63,841 nt of DNA. Source: Hydrolagus affinis. Its lineage: Eukaryota. The notes under the pieces are model-generated. The model was given only the letters and a program-made list of their open reading frames with translations. It ran no database searches and was not told the origin of the DNA. Shown here one piece after another: positions 24,126 through 36,630 of this stretch (positions within the stretch are counted from its first letter, which is position 1; every line of letters begins with the position of its first letter). The stretch is from NCBI GenBank assembly GCA_012026655.1, contig JAAILG010000767.1, forward strand, positions 160-64,000. Direction: 5' to 3'. The position numbers were made by a program, and so were the translations under genes.

Positions 24126-27100
24126 CCCCCCCCCCCCCCCCCCCATTGTCCGAGGGTGCCATTTATCATACTTTAATTATTAAGGAAACCATTAATACCG
24201 GGTCATACCAACCATGAAGCTGTGATATAAGTGGGTCTAGGTAAAACGATACCTGAGTAGCTCAGTAGTTCATTTCCATTATTAACCCCTTTTGATTTAT
24301 CCTACAGCATAAAACTTCTGAAAGAGCCACCACCTGATTCTTTTGTCTTTTCCTGTCAGCTGTTAATTTTTAATGATAATGTTTTATTAGGAAATTTTAT
24401 TGCAGTTTTCAGAATGTTTCATTTTTAAAAGTATGCCTGTCACTTCCAATCAGTCTTCTCTCATCTTGTGAAAATATAGAAACGTTCACAAGACCATAGG
24501 CCTAAGAAGATTTGTTTATTTGACCTGTCATCACTAATGCACTGCTGCATCCCATCATTGTAATTACCACTGTAAAAAAAATGCCTAACTGGGGTGAGCG
24601 CATGTGGTGTAGAAAGTTATGGGGAGGATTTAAGGCTGGAATAGAGACGCACGCACAAATAGGAAAAACAATAAGGCAGCATTGGAACCCATTGTGTTTC
24701 TGATGATTCATATCAAACTGTAGAATAAGAAGAGCTGGCAAAGTATATTAGACAATCCATGGAGAGCATCAATACAGTTTTGATATGTTTAGAGAGAATT
24801 AACTGATACAGTTGAAAGCCCTGTCTTTATTTTATTTAGCTCTTATAATATATTTGAATGTATTTTAAAAAAAGAACTGTAGGGATCAGATTTTACTGGT
24901 CTGAAATTGAAACTGTGCATTCCAAATCCAGATTCCCAAGGTTGGAATAACTTGTTTTAACATACAATAATTACTTCTTGTATTTCATTTAGTGCTTTAT
25001 CATGTTAAAATGTCTCAAAGCATTTCATTTTCTTTCTGTGTATTTTTCTTTTCGTGTATATTGTGTAAATGGCATCCAATTTGCTACATTGCAACGTCCC
25101 ACAAAAAGAAGAAGTGAAAGACCACTTTGGCAGATAGATTATGTGGAATGAAAACCAGTTAGTGATGCATTGTCAAATCTGGTCTTAAAATTTGTTCAGC
25201 TGCAGGATATGTAGGTCAAAAGTGACCTCTTTAAGTGGTGAGCCCAGAGAACTAGTGTCCCCAGTATTTTTAAGTGGTGTTAGGAGGTTATAAACATCAC
25301 AGCATGTAAACTCCTACATTTAAACTTTCAAATGTGACGCCATACATTTTATCAATTACACTTCATTGAATTTTAGGGCAATTGTGATGTATTATGATTT
25401 TGATGGGAATGCACTTGAAACAAATTGAGTATAAATCCACAGTAACTTTACGGAAGAAATTAGCTCCAGACCCAATCTACATTCCAATGGTAACAAATGA
25501 ACATAATAACTCATTTGGAATCATCCCTGTCAGTGGACTTAGACTTGCTGATAGTTGTGCTAAAATCTAGATTAAAAATTATTTTGCTCCACAGCCTCTT
25601 GTCACAACAGAATATCCATGTGTTGTCCATACAACCAGGCTTGTAAAATCCTCTTTTAATTATGTGTCAGCTCACTGCTTTCGGAAAGCATAGGCTTTGC
25701 TGAGAACAGATTGAACCTTGAAAGTGCCTTTGTAAACAGACTGAATTTGTACCTGTTTCTTTGCTAAGTGTTACTCATTGAGTGATCAAGGGTAGAAACA
25801 CTAAATTGCTTTTGAAAATGTGGATCTGTGTTAATAAAGGCTGTCAACCAATAAACATACAAACCAGACAAAGTGATTAGGAGCCAATGGGAAGCTTCTA
25901 TCCATATAACTGTCTCTGCCAGGCATTTTCCTCTTAGGAAAGGTGGTTGTACATGTCTAAAAAAAAATTCTGTGCTCCCTTGATTTACACTGATCATTTT
26001 GTTTTTGAGAAAGATTTATGTGCATCGAGGTAAATTTTAGATCCACTTTTATTTCACATTTTCTTGCAACAGGCCTTCAAATACTTTTTTTTAATTCTTC
26101 AAGCTGTAATAATATATATGTAATTTATTGGATGGAAAAATCAGGCAAAGCAGAAGTTTTGCAAATCTATTTTCAGTAATAACTGTAAAATAGCACAATA
26201 AGAACATTGAGGAAGTCAGAACAGCGTGATTTCAAATGCAAGCTAAGCAAACGAGAACCATGGGATACATCAACATCAAGGAATCGCCGTGTTAAGTGTG
26301 CTGTCATGATGCATACTAAAAAGGGTTCATTCTGCAGCTGTAAGCATCAACACTATTCCGCTGTGACTTTATTTTACGTAGGTTTCGCTCCCCTGATATC
26401 CCTGAAATGATCCAAGGTCATTGGAGGGAAAATAACTGAGGGGAATTGTAGTAATTTGGGTGAAATGTAACTTTCGTCAAATTAAGTTGTTATATTTTTA
26501 ATAGTTATTCATTTAAAAGGAACAAATTTACAAAGTCAACCTGAAGGTTTACATGTATCTTTGCACAGCGTCTGCGTAAAGAAAAAATTCTCTTTTGCTT
26601 GCTCCTGAAAAGAAGCTTGTCTATCGGACTTTACAAACCATTCTACACCAAAGTGAGTAACACAATAAGAAAGTACGAATTGGGAAAGTAAAAATACTAA
26701 TACTTATAGTTGGCATAGCACCCACCATGTTTAGAGGACATTCCAAAGTACTGTACTTCACAGTGCTGGCTGGGCACTCAAGGCGGTAGTGGTGGAAGTC
26801 GAGAGGATGGAGAAGAGAAAGATGACCCAAAGTTCAATCAAAAAGGCAGGTTTTGAGAAGGACCTCACTTGCATTTCATAGAAATGCAGTAACATATTCA
26901 AACATTTCACCAAAAAAATTCCAGCCATTTTCCATGGAGAAACCAGTGATTGCCTCACCAGATCAAGCCCAATGCTCATAGAAAGTCAACATGACAGCAA
27001 AGAGGTTGAAAGTGAAGGGAATAATAAAGGGAATAATAAATACACATTAAAACATAACATTTATTCTTGAAACATTATTACAGCTAAATTACTTTTGGCC

Positions 27101-28261
27101 ACTCACTGGGGGTACTGGGAAATGATTATGCAGTAATTAAAACAGTTTTTTGTTTGCCTTTAAATGTCAGGCAAAATTGTGTGTTGTTAAAGGTTGGTGA
27201 AATGGGGACTGTTTTCAATAACTTGTCAAAATTTATTTAGGACATTGGATTGAATTTAAAGATGATAACAATTGCATAGAATAATAATTTCAGAGCAAAT
27301 CGTTTGCTAAAATACTGTGAAGCATGCAAACGTGGGGAATTGGGACAAGTCTGTCAATTCTGTTTATTTTCAGAGAAAATGTTTGGGAAAGTCTTCAGTG
27401 TGATCCTCATGTGTAAGCTAACATAAAACAGTGACCTGCGCCAAAACCTACAACAGCAATTCTAGTAAACTAAATGGTATGTGGGTAAGAAACCGAAGCA
27501 AGATATGTTACCCAATCTATTTTGTCCTGGTGACTTTTCTAGATAAGTGAAATATAAAAGAGTATTTTCAGATTGTGGGTTTTAAATGACTGGGAACTTT
27601 CAGTAGCAATGGCCTAATTAGAGTACCATGTCTACATGCTACCTTCAAAATAAATTGACTATACGGTAATTTATAGACCTAATGCCAGGTTTTCACAGAA
27701 AGCCATTTAGATGTGTTGCTCTTGCAGTTTGACAGCTATTGGCAATTTAAATATGCACTTAGTTAAAGCTTGTTTCGAAAATTAACTTTTGAACAGACCT
27801 GCTAACTCCTACTTTCTAGGACAACTTTTAAATAAAAGTTTGTTCAGAATAGCCTGCCCACTCAAACTTAGGCCCCATATTTGGAGCGTTCTATCTGTTC
27901 TTCATCACACTGCACCTCAGTGAACTGTCTCCTGCAAGAGGGGTTTGGAAACATGAACCGTTCATTCCTATTTGAATTGTGTTGGCTAGAGTGTTTTTAG
28001 TTGAGGTGGAGAGAAGTGAATGAGCCGATGAAATTCTCCTTCCCAGAAGCAAATTGTGCCAAGCAGCTAACAAAGAGGGAATAATGAAAGTATTAAATAG
28101 TTCTCTTTTTACTAATTGAACTGCTGCTGCCACACAGCAAAAAGGATTCTTTGAAAAAAAATCTTGGAATACTAAAGATTGCAATGGCCAAAGAAGTTGT
28201 ATATCTCACCAACTCAATTTTGCAGAACTTGAATACAAAAATTGAGTATCTTTCCAGCTTC

Positions 28262-28326
28262 GACAAAAACAAAAACAACAAAATTACATTTATAGAGCGC
28301 CTTTCACGTTCAGAGAACGTCCCTTC
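28262..28326 (-). mobile_element. L2 3' tail fragment
   Basis: caacaaaattacatttatagagcgcctttcacgt. Confidence 0.75.
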
Positions 28327-28513
28327 AACTACGATACCACAGAGAACAGAATCGCTGATGACATAAGTAGACTTAAAAAAGTATCTCTTCTTCAAAACAA
28401 CATGTTTCTATCAACTGTAACATGAAAATGTGAGCGATTGAATTACTGTAAGTGTATTCACTTACCGCTATATGCAAGTAAATTGGCTTAGAAATGGCAG
28501 ATGGATTTTAGTG

Positions 28514-28575
28514 CAGCACCTTGGGATTCCTCCCGCTGTGAAAGGCTCTCTATAAATGTAATTCTTTAGTTGTTG
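28514..28575 (+). mobile_element. L2 3' tail with an 8-bp TSD, inside an old CR1 remnant
   Basis: cagcaccttggg...gtgaaaggctctctataaatgtaatt...gttgttg is flanked by ttttagtg on both sides. Confidence 0.75.
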
Positions 28576-29689
28576 TTTTAGTGTAGGTAAGATAGGTAAA
28601 TAGAAAACTTGTAAGTGGTGAAACTAATTAGCAAGGGTGGAAAAGTAAACACATTTAAGGGGACTGGAAATTATTCACTGAATGGATCCAATAATTAAGA
28701 AGTTGTTATCAAAGATAACAGATTGGAATAACAGATACAACCCTAAAGCCAAACTTGAAATAAGATTTATTTTTCTTACATACTTGTGGATATGTGGAAT
28801 GAATCCACCTTAACCTTGTGCTGTATCACTACATCGCTGTATCAATTAGCACCTTCAAATGGAGTTGGAATGACATTTGATTAGGAACAGGACTGAACAT
28901 TTTAATGGCAATTACAGATGGGTGAATGATTGGCATTTGAAAATGTTGGTTCCTGAGCTGTCAAGAACCCAGGAAGACATATGATACAGGATACAAAATT
29001 CAATTGGGATTCTGGATTGTTGCTCCATTTACCTTTGGGGATGGAGGTTTCGAAGCATTTCTTTTGGAGATTGAATAACAGAGGTAACTGTACAGTGATG
29101 GTGAGGTTGGCATTTAGTAAAAACAAGAGTGCCCGACACTTTGTTTTTAAGCCAATAAGTATCAGAAGAGTGACAATTCACATTCCTCTGTGAAAAGAAA
29201 TATGATTTGTTGCTGATCAGTGTACAGTATTTGACATTTATGGAATCACACCAGTCTACCTTGCCACCGAGCTGCCCTGTTTGTTTTGAAAAGAATCAGC
29301 AGGGAATTTTACCAGCTAAGTTAATTAATTGTTAGATTTGCTCTTTGCGCATCAAACACCACCAATTTTGTCAGCATTATCTTTCTTGGAAGTTTCCAAC
29401 CAGGTGCCTTATAGTTTCATCATTTCAATCAACATGTTTAGCCTCCAATTGTTAACACTTGTATTCATCTCAGTCAGCATCCCTATGATACCAGGTGTAT
29501 TGAACTTGCATGATTAGACACTATTTTTGTTCTATAGAAAAGGAAATATCCAAACACTAACATGATGCATTGTTCCTACAGAAACTAAAGTTAGTCAGAA
29601 GAATCAAAATGTTAATTGAATTTCTGCTTTGATCACTGTAACAACAAAGACAGAGTAGAATTTATTTTTCCACTTAGGAGATTTCCAGC

Positions 29690-29840
29690 AATAAAAAAAA
29701 CATTCTACTAACACAATATGTTGTAAATCTAGGGTTGTTTTTATAGGCTCATTATATCTCAGACCATGTACTGGCCTGCCAGTGGGAGACTTGCACATTT
29801 GTCTTTGATGTTTCTCTGAGAAATTTCATGGAGCAAAAAG
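29690..29840 (-). mobile_element. Degraded CR1 ORF2 remnant
   Basis: The minus strand reads like ..V.GLRYNE..LDL (compare CR1 GL.YEERL..L.L). Confidence 0.4.
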
Positions 29841-30324
29841 AAAAGAAACCCTCCCCCCTTCCTATTAATGTCTGACATAAACCTCCTCAAATATTGGCAG
29901 CTCTACAAGCAAACTATTTGCTAATACTGTAGTCTCTTTCATAGATAGCCCTATTATATTGCAGCTTTTAAAGGTCAAAATGCGGTAAAATCTATTCTTC
30001 CTAAGGCGACTGATTTTCAAAATAGTTTAAGTTTATCTTCAACAATGCAGAGTTGCTCAAGATAGTTTGTCATTCCAACATTCATTGGCAGAGCATCGTG
30101 AATGGAAACACTAATTACAGTAGGTAAAGACTCCTGTGGAAGGAGTATGATCTCAACTTTTCTGAGAATTGTTGTGTCCAGTTGTACTCTGTTGCAGGAC
30201 TTTAAAGCAATGGGGGTCAACAATGTAAAGGATATTTTTAAATGCTCAAAACTGGAAAAAAAAAGGTTTTACAATTCATCCTATCATCTACAATCACCTT
30301 CTCCCTGGCTTGGCCTCAGGCTCC

Positions 30325-30396
30325 GCCACTGGGAAGTGCTCTGAGACGCCGCCCTGCATGGAGGATGCTATATAAATGCAAGTTGTTATTTGTTGA
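30325..30396 (+). mobile_element. L2-type tail (second family)
   Basis: gaagtgctctgagacgcc...tggaggatgctatataaatgcaagttgtt; related to 57487-57631. Confidence 0.6.
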
Positions 30397-30784
30397 TATG
30401 TTGTCTATTTGACTTATGTTGCTGACTAAGTATTTTCTTTCCCTTATTCTCTTGAAATATTATGCCACCAGTTCTCCCATCATTTCTGCTGTCCTTGAAT
30501 ATGTCTGAAATAATCTGAGTTCTTCAATCTACATTAGAACAGCATCTCCATAACATCCATTAATGAGTATTTGATAAGCAAGACTAGCAAAAATAAACAA
30601 TTTACGACATTCCCATTTATTTCAGACACTATAAAGTAAGAGGGAAGTGTGCTTAAGTCCATCAAGAGTACATTAGATGCCACTGAAACATGTGGAAGTT
30701 GAGAATACATAACACAAGATATTACATTTAGATTGTGCTTTTCATGTCAGGACAATGACTTAGAAACTAGCTGCAGGAGGTCAC

Positions 30785-30865
30785 AGGTGGGGTGAGGCCA
30801 CGGAACCATTTGAAAGTGAGGACAAGAGTTTTGAAAGTGAGGACAAGAGTTTTGAATTTGATCAG
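30785..30865 (-). mobile_element. L2 ORF2 remnant with an internal 21-bp tandem duplication
   Basis: Minus-strand IKFKTLVLTFKWFRGLTPP. The unit tttgaaagtgaggacaagagt occurs at 30809-30829 and 30830-30850. Confidence 0.65.
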
Positions 30866-31164
30866 CTGCTTGAATTTGAGCAAGGATCAAACAACAACAA
30901 CAAATTCCATTTCTATACCTCCTTTCACGTCGGGAGGATTACAATGTCTGGGTAAAGATGCAGATCTGTACTTTTCCTAAAGCTGATCTATCAGCCATGG
31001 TTCCAGACCCACACCTCCATAAGTCTAACTACTGTATAATAATCCTTTACACTTGATATATAGCTTTTAGGGTCAATAGCATATCTCAAGGTGCATCCGG
31101 ATTCACTGTAAAGTGTAGTGACTGTATTTCTGTAGGTGAACACCTAACACTGTGCAAGGCCAGT

Positions 31165-31324
31165 CTCTTCAACCGCGCCTTTGGCTCTCCCACTAACTCT
31201 TCCCCCTCTCCTTCTCCCTACCCCTACCCTCCCCCGCTCGGGTCCCGACCTGACTGTTCAACGCTTTGGGATGTCCTCCCGATGTGAAAGGTGCTATATA
31301 AGTGCAATTTTGTTGTTGTTGTTG
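31165..31324 (+). mobile_element. L2 3' end
   Basis: C-rich 3'UTR, then ctttgggatgtcctcccgatgtgaaaggtgctatat and (TTG)n. Confidence 0.8.
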
Positions 31325-31470
31325 TAAATTCAATAGTTTGAATGGAAGTCTGCTGTGCAGTAATTTCTATGATTTTATGATTCCTGGTGCCATGCCAACT
31401 TTAAAGAGCCATAACTTGACCCCCCATGCAAAATTTGGGTATATTATTTGTGCCACGCAATGTAAATGCC

Positions 31471-31533
31471 TATATATATACACATATATACAGTATATAT
31501 ACACATATATATATTATATATATATATATATAT
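31471..31533. repeat. (TA)n microsatellite, imperfect
   Basis: Directly visible. Confidence 0.9.
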
Positions 31534-34500
31534 TTGGACAAGTATAATGTGATTGATGGCACAATACAACTGTTGCACCGCACTGAAGTATTGTTATTCA
31601 TGATGGTGATCTGAGGTTTCACCTGAAAGATAAAATTCCACTAATGAGATGCTACACAGTGAGTGAATTATCTTATGTACTCTTGGAGGGAGAGACAGAA
31701 TAAATCACCAATCAAGCTATGATGGACTGCTTTCCTGCATTTCAGTGTGGTTGGCTGAAAAGGACTATTCTAGCCTTCAAATAAGTTGCTTGACATTTCC
31801 TTGTCAAAAGAACATACAGCCTGAAAAGGGGAGGGAAAAGAAAATGAAATGAATTCTATAATACATCTGAAGCTCCACTTAATGGAGATTTACATTTTTT
31901 TTAAAAAAACTTTCATCATTGTGAGGTCTGGAAATCATGTGCTGGTATCACTGTAGGGATATTAGTGGTGCAACAATTTAAAACCATTGGTCACCTCAAA
32001 CAAATCCTGAAAGCTTCTTATTTTGATCACTCTGAAATCTAAGACCTGCAGTTTAAGCTTAACTGTTTTACCACTATTAACCTATGATACATCTGATTTT
32101 AATGTTTGACTTCTAAACTTAAAAAGGAAAGCTTCACATTTGCGTAATTGGTAAAGAAAGAAATCAATGTTATCCAGACTGGAAAAAAAAACAAGGTAAA
32201 AACTAATAAGCAGTCTAAGTAGCAACGAAATCACCACTATTGACTTTTGGAGAGGTCGGTTTAGTCAGCGAAAAAGACCAAAACATATTGTAAATTTTAA
32301 GTGACAGAAGTGAATTCCGAAATTGACTGAGATGTGTTTAAAAAATTCAGATTGATTATAGAGTGTGCAAAAGCAGGAAAGGGTTAATAAACTCGCCATC
32401 GCTTAAAACATTTTGGATTTTCCATGCTGTTCACTGCAAAAAGGTGAGCTCATTTAAAGTATTCCAACAGAAGATGCTCAGTTCATTACCTTGCTTTAAC
32501 CCATTTGTACGGTGACCACAACAAAATAATTTTCATTCTTTGATTACACAATTTTTAAAAATCCATTTGCTATCTGCTTTCTAACCAATCAACCAACACT
32601 ATATTTAAGAGTGTTATACAAACAGTGTTCCTTAAACAGCTGCAGAGATTAATATGACTTCCAAGGTGATCAAATATTTACTTGAAAGGATTCTCAACAA
32701 AAAGTTTCTGAATTAAACAGCCCTGTTAAACTGAACAAAGCAATCAAGTTAGGTGATGGTCTTCAAAAACAAAGGAGCCTTGCATTTGACACAGGCCCAA
32801 TCACATTGTTGAGGCATCTCAAAGTGCTTACAGGATTTAGTGTTCATTGGTTTGTCTGAATTTCATGGGTGAATCCCGGCAGTCAGTTTGCACACAGCAA
32901 TGTCCCACATACAGTCATGGAGTGAGTAAGCAATTTTATTTGGAGGCTTGTCGGACGGACAGCGGAACAAACTCCCTGCTATTTTCAAATGGTGCCAAAT
33001 TCATGCATATAGATGTAATACAGAACTTTTTTCATAATATGATTTTGCACTAATCTAAGGGTGACAAGCTGACTATTAATAAGATTCTGACAGTAGCTAA
33101 CTATTACCAGAATAACAGGTAACCTGATAAGTTCCTTTTCATCTTAATGGAGGGTCTGTTTTCTTTTGATGATAGAATTTCCCCTTGTCATGTCCCCACT
33201 TATTCTGCAGCGCTTTCATAGTTATTCCCAGCCTGATTGAAATGTTTCATTCTTTGGTAACTTATGGGTGATGTGATTTTGTTAGATCAGAGGGATGAAT
33301 CAGTTTTTATTCTTTGTGCATGACACAAGATGGCCCTGTGAGAGCTAGTCATCTTATTAGTTTGGATAAATTGACAATCACACCGAATGAGCCATATTGA
33401 GAACCATCTATTAGTAGCCATGATTATGAATACATTTTTACTTTGTCATATGTCAGGGTTACTTGACTTGTTGGCTTCTTTCACGCTAAATTTATAGCAC
33501 TTTATTTCATTCCTGTTTGATCTTTCTATGGAATTATGCTATTCTCAAATTTACTTGAAGGATTCTCAACAAAAAGTTTCCGAATTAAACAGCCCTGTTA
33601 GGTATTCTCAATACTTTCTCAAAACGAGTTAGAAACAAAAAGAATATTTCATTCTCTGATTTTTCCACACTGTAAATCTGTAAAAGTTGTTATTGGCAAC
33701 AAACGTGGCTTGTGGTGTTCTAGGGCCAGACACAGCTGGTTTTGGGGTTCACGTATTCTACAGTATTTGGAAAAGACTTTCTCTGGTTTTATTGAATACC
33801 TAACCATAGCCTCAAATCAATTAATGGCCATCCTATGTTCATCTGCTACACTGTCAAGTTATTTAAGAGAATGCTGTCTGCTGAACACGGGGCCAATATT
33901 TTGCACTTGGCACTCAAGACTTGGAAACTGTGGAATATTATGTCAACTACAGACTAACATTTCAGACAGTAGAGAGGATTAAATGTTTTAAAAATCATGT
34001 TAGATAGTAATCTGATACTTTTATTGGACTTCCGAGTCACGGCAATGCTATTGATTGGCAGGTCGGAATTGCAGTTGCAGACTCAACATTGTATGTACTA
34101 TACTATGATTTCTATAAGAGCAGGAGTTCTGTCCTTACTATCAAAGCCATTTATTTCGAGGAATAAAAAATTTACCTGAGTGTTTCTTCCCACTTCATGT
34201 AAGTTTGTCTCCTTCTTGAAGGAAGTTACTTAAAGAGTAACATTAGTGGTTCCTATGGAAATGTGCAAAGGTTTCACTGACCAAATAGTTGCATTTGACC
34301 AGAGACAAATTCATGGAGGGTAGATACTGTTTGTGTTGGCCATCATCACTTACAATGGCAACACTGAAAGATAATGCCCATACCTACTGCTAACCTTATC
34401 TATTGGCCTAAGGCACTTAATTGTTGAAAGGACATTTAAAAAAAAAGTAAAAATGAGCTTGGAGAATGTGAAGACTGAACTAAAGGCTTTTTTTCACTGT

Positions 34501-36066
34501 GGGAATGAATTCTATCCTCTGTGCTGTAAATTTCTATGGTTCTATGGAATGTGACTTCCTTCATTTCACACTGTCATTAATGGTCATCATTTCCTTTCCT
34601 ATTCTTTGTCCACCTGTAAATCGTGTTATTCAGCCACACCCTGTTTCTCCATAGATTCTCACTTCCAAATGCCAAGCATCTGGTTTAAGACGAAAAAAAA
34701 TGCTATTATCCCAGTGTAAAGCAGCCTGCCATGTACTTACATTATTATATCCATATCATCTTGCTTAACCTTTTAAGAAGGTATTGTCTGATAATGAGAC
34801 ACAGCTTGGCAGGGAACATCTTTTATTCCAGTATCACATAATGAGGATTAAGTTACTGCAGCCCATTAAATGGGTTCTGATCAAAAGAGGACTGGCATTT
34901 TGTTATCTTGGCAAATAAGCAGCGGAGCAAGGTCATTACACTCAATAGAGGAAAGAAGGAATTGAATTACTGGTTTGAAAGTGGAAGAGGCTTCTCTTGA
35001 GAACAGAAGCAATTTATGGGTAAAAAGGTGGAATAAAGATGTTGGGATCTGTAGCCAATGGAAGTTAGTGTTCAGCTCCCCTTAGTATCCCAATTGTAGC
35101 TTTCAAAATACGCTTTAGTTCTGTAAACTTCTTAAAGTGAATGTTCTATAGCAGAACTTGGACGATCGTACCACCAAATGTAGCTTTCTAATTAAGTCAG
35201 GAATGCAATACTTCTATAATCTTAAATGGATATTTGGCACACAGCTAGTTGTGTTGATATATTTAACGCTTTATTTTGTTCACTTGTACTTTGCTTCATT
35301 TTCAACGCTTTTCGAAGCTGGGCGGCTAAATGATTAATTCAATTTAAAAACAGAAATGGAAAGTAACGAGGAATGACCCTAAATAAACAAAGGTACACAA
35401 GGAAATATTTGACATGCCAATTCAACCACGCTGTATGGAAACAGTTGCCAAGGCAAATAATACAAGTTAAATATCCTGCCTACATATATGGATTCTGCAC
35501 TCGAGTATAGCAGACTGCACAGGCTCCTGCTTGAAGTAGCATATTTTGTTTCCAAGATTGTGAAATAAAAACATTCTTAAACATGTTTAAGAAATCGTAG
35601 AAGTTCAGCAGAAATAGCTCAGTACATGTTTTTTCCACCTATATGTTTATGATGTGGATACATTTTCAAATGGAATGTAAACACAGATTGCTTTTTTAAT
35701 ACTATTACCATAGAACAATTTTTAAGCCATGTTTAAAAGGTGTAAACAGTGTTAAATTACTCACATGGTAGACTGGAATCTACTTCTTATAAAATGAGCA
35801 TGCATCAGACTATGTACCAGATAAAGACAAATAGTAGATGAAGTCCAAATCAGCTATCACAACCTCCAATTCCTTACGGAGTGTAATGTATTTGTACTCC
35901 ACCAGTTTTTAATGACGTTATTGGTATTGATATGACAACCTTGTTTTACTGAGAACTAGATTTTGGTATAGGCAAGAATATATCCGTTTCAATATTTATG
36001 GTGTGAAGGACTACTTTTAATATTCTAATACAATACACTGCGACAATATCTCCTCTTGAATTTCAT

Positions 36067-36157
36067 GTTCTGAAGAAGGGTTAAGTATGAAATATTAAGC
36101 TATTTTAGCTAGATCTGCACACATTTTGTATTTTCAGCACCTGCAGTCTTCTTTTTT
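36067..36157 (+). mobile_element. Degraded Penelope-like terminal fragment
   Basis: gttctgaagaagggtt...gaaa...ttttcagcacctgcagtc. Confidence 0.45.
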
Positions 36158-36334
36158 TAAAAAGAATCTAGCCTTTTCATTTTCCCTGAGAATAGGATAT
36201 GATACCGATATCAAAATCAAGCACATTTATTGCTTGGGCTAGTGAACAGAACATGGTTAGACCCCCCAAGATCTCATCTGACGTATAAACTCCTTCAGTG
36301 TTCCCTTATAATTGGTTGTGTTTGAAAACGTAAG

Positions 36335-36630
36335 CAACAACAACAACCATCAAACAAAATTACATCTACAGAGTGCCTTTCACGTCGGGAGAATGTCCCA
36401 AGATGTTGAACAGTCAGGTCGGGACCCGAGCAGGGGAGAGGGGAGGGGAGAGAGAAAGTTGGGAGGGCAGCAGAAGGCACGATCGAAGAGGAGGGTCTTG
36501 AGACCGGCCTTGTAGGAGCCAAGGGAGGGAGCAAGGCAAAGGGACTGTGGAATGGAGTTTCAGATTGTGGGGGCAGAGAGGCTGAAAGTCCGTCTGCCGA
36601 TGGTAGGGCGGGTTGGGCGGGGGGCAAGGC
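36335..36630 (-). mobile_element. L2 3' fragment
   Basis: (CAA)n, gcctttcacgtcgggag and a G-rich UTR; similar to the reverse complement of 42790-43050. Confidence 0.85.

Noticed and set aside
23920-24217. ORFs spanning the N gap and poly-C
   Set aside because: Artefacts of the assembly gap.
27374-27476. Exon candidate (ttattttcag ... atg|gtatgt)
   Set aside because: It gives an immediate stop in the CSTPP1 phase and has no other support.
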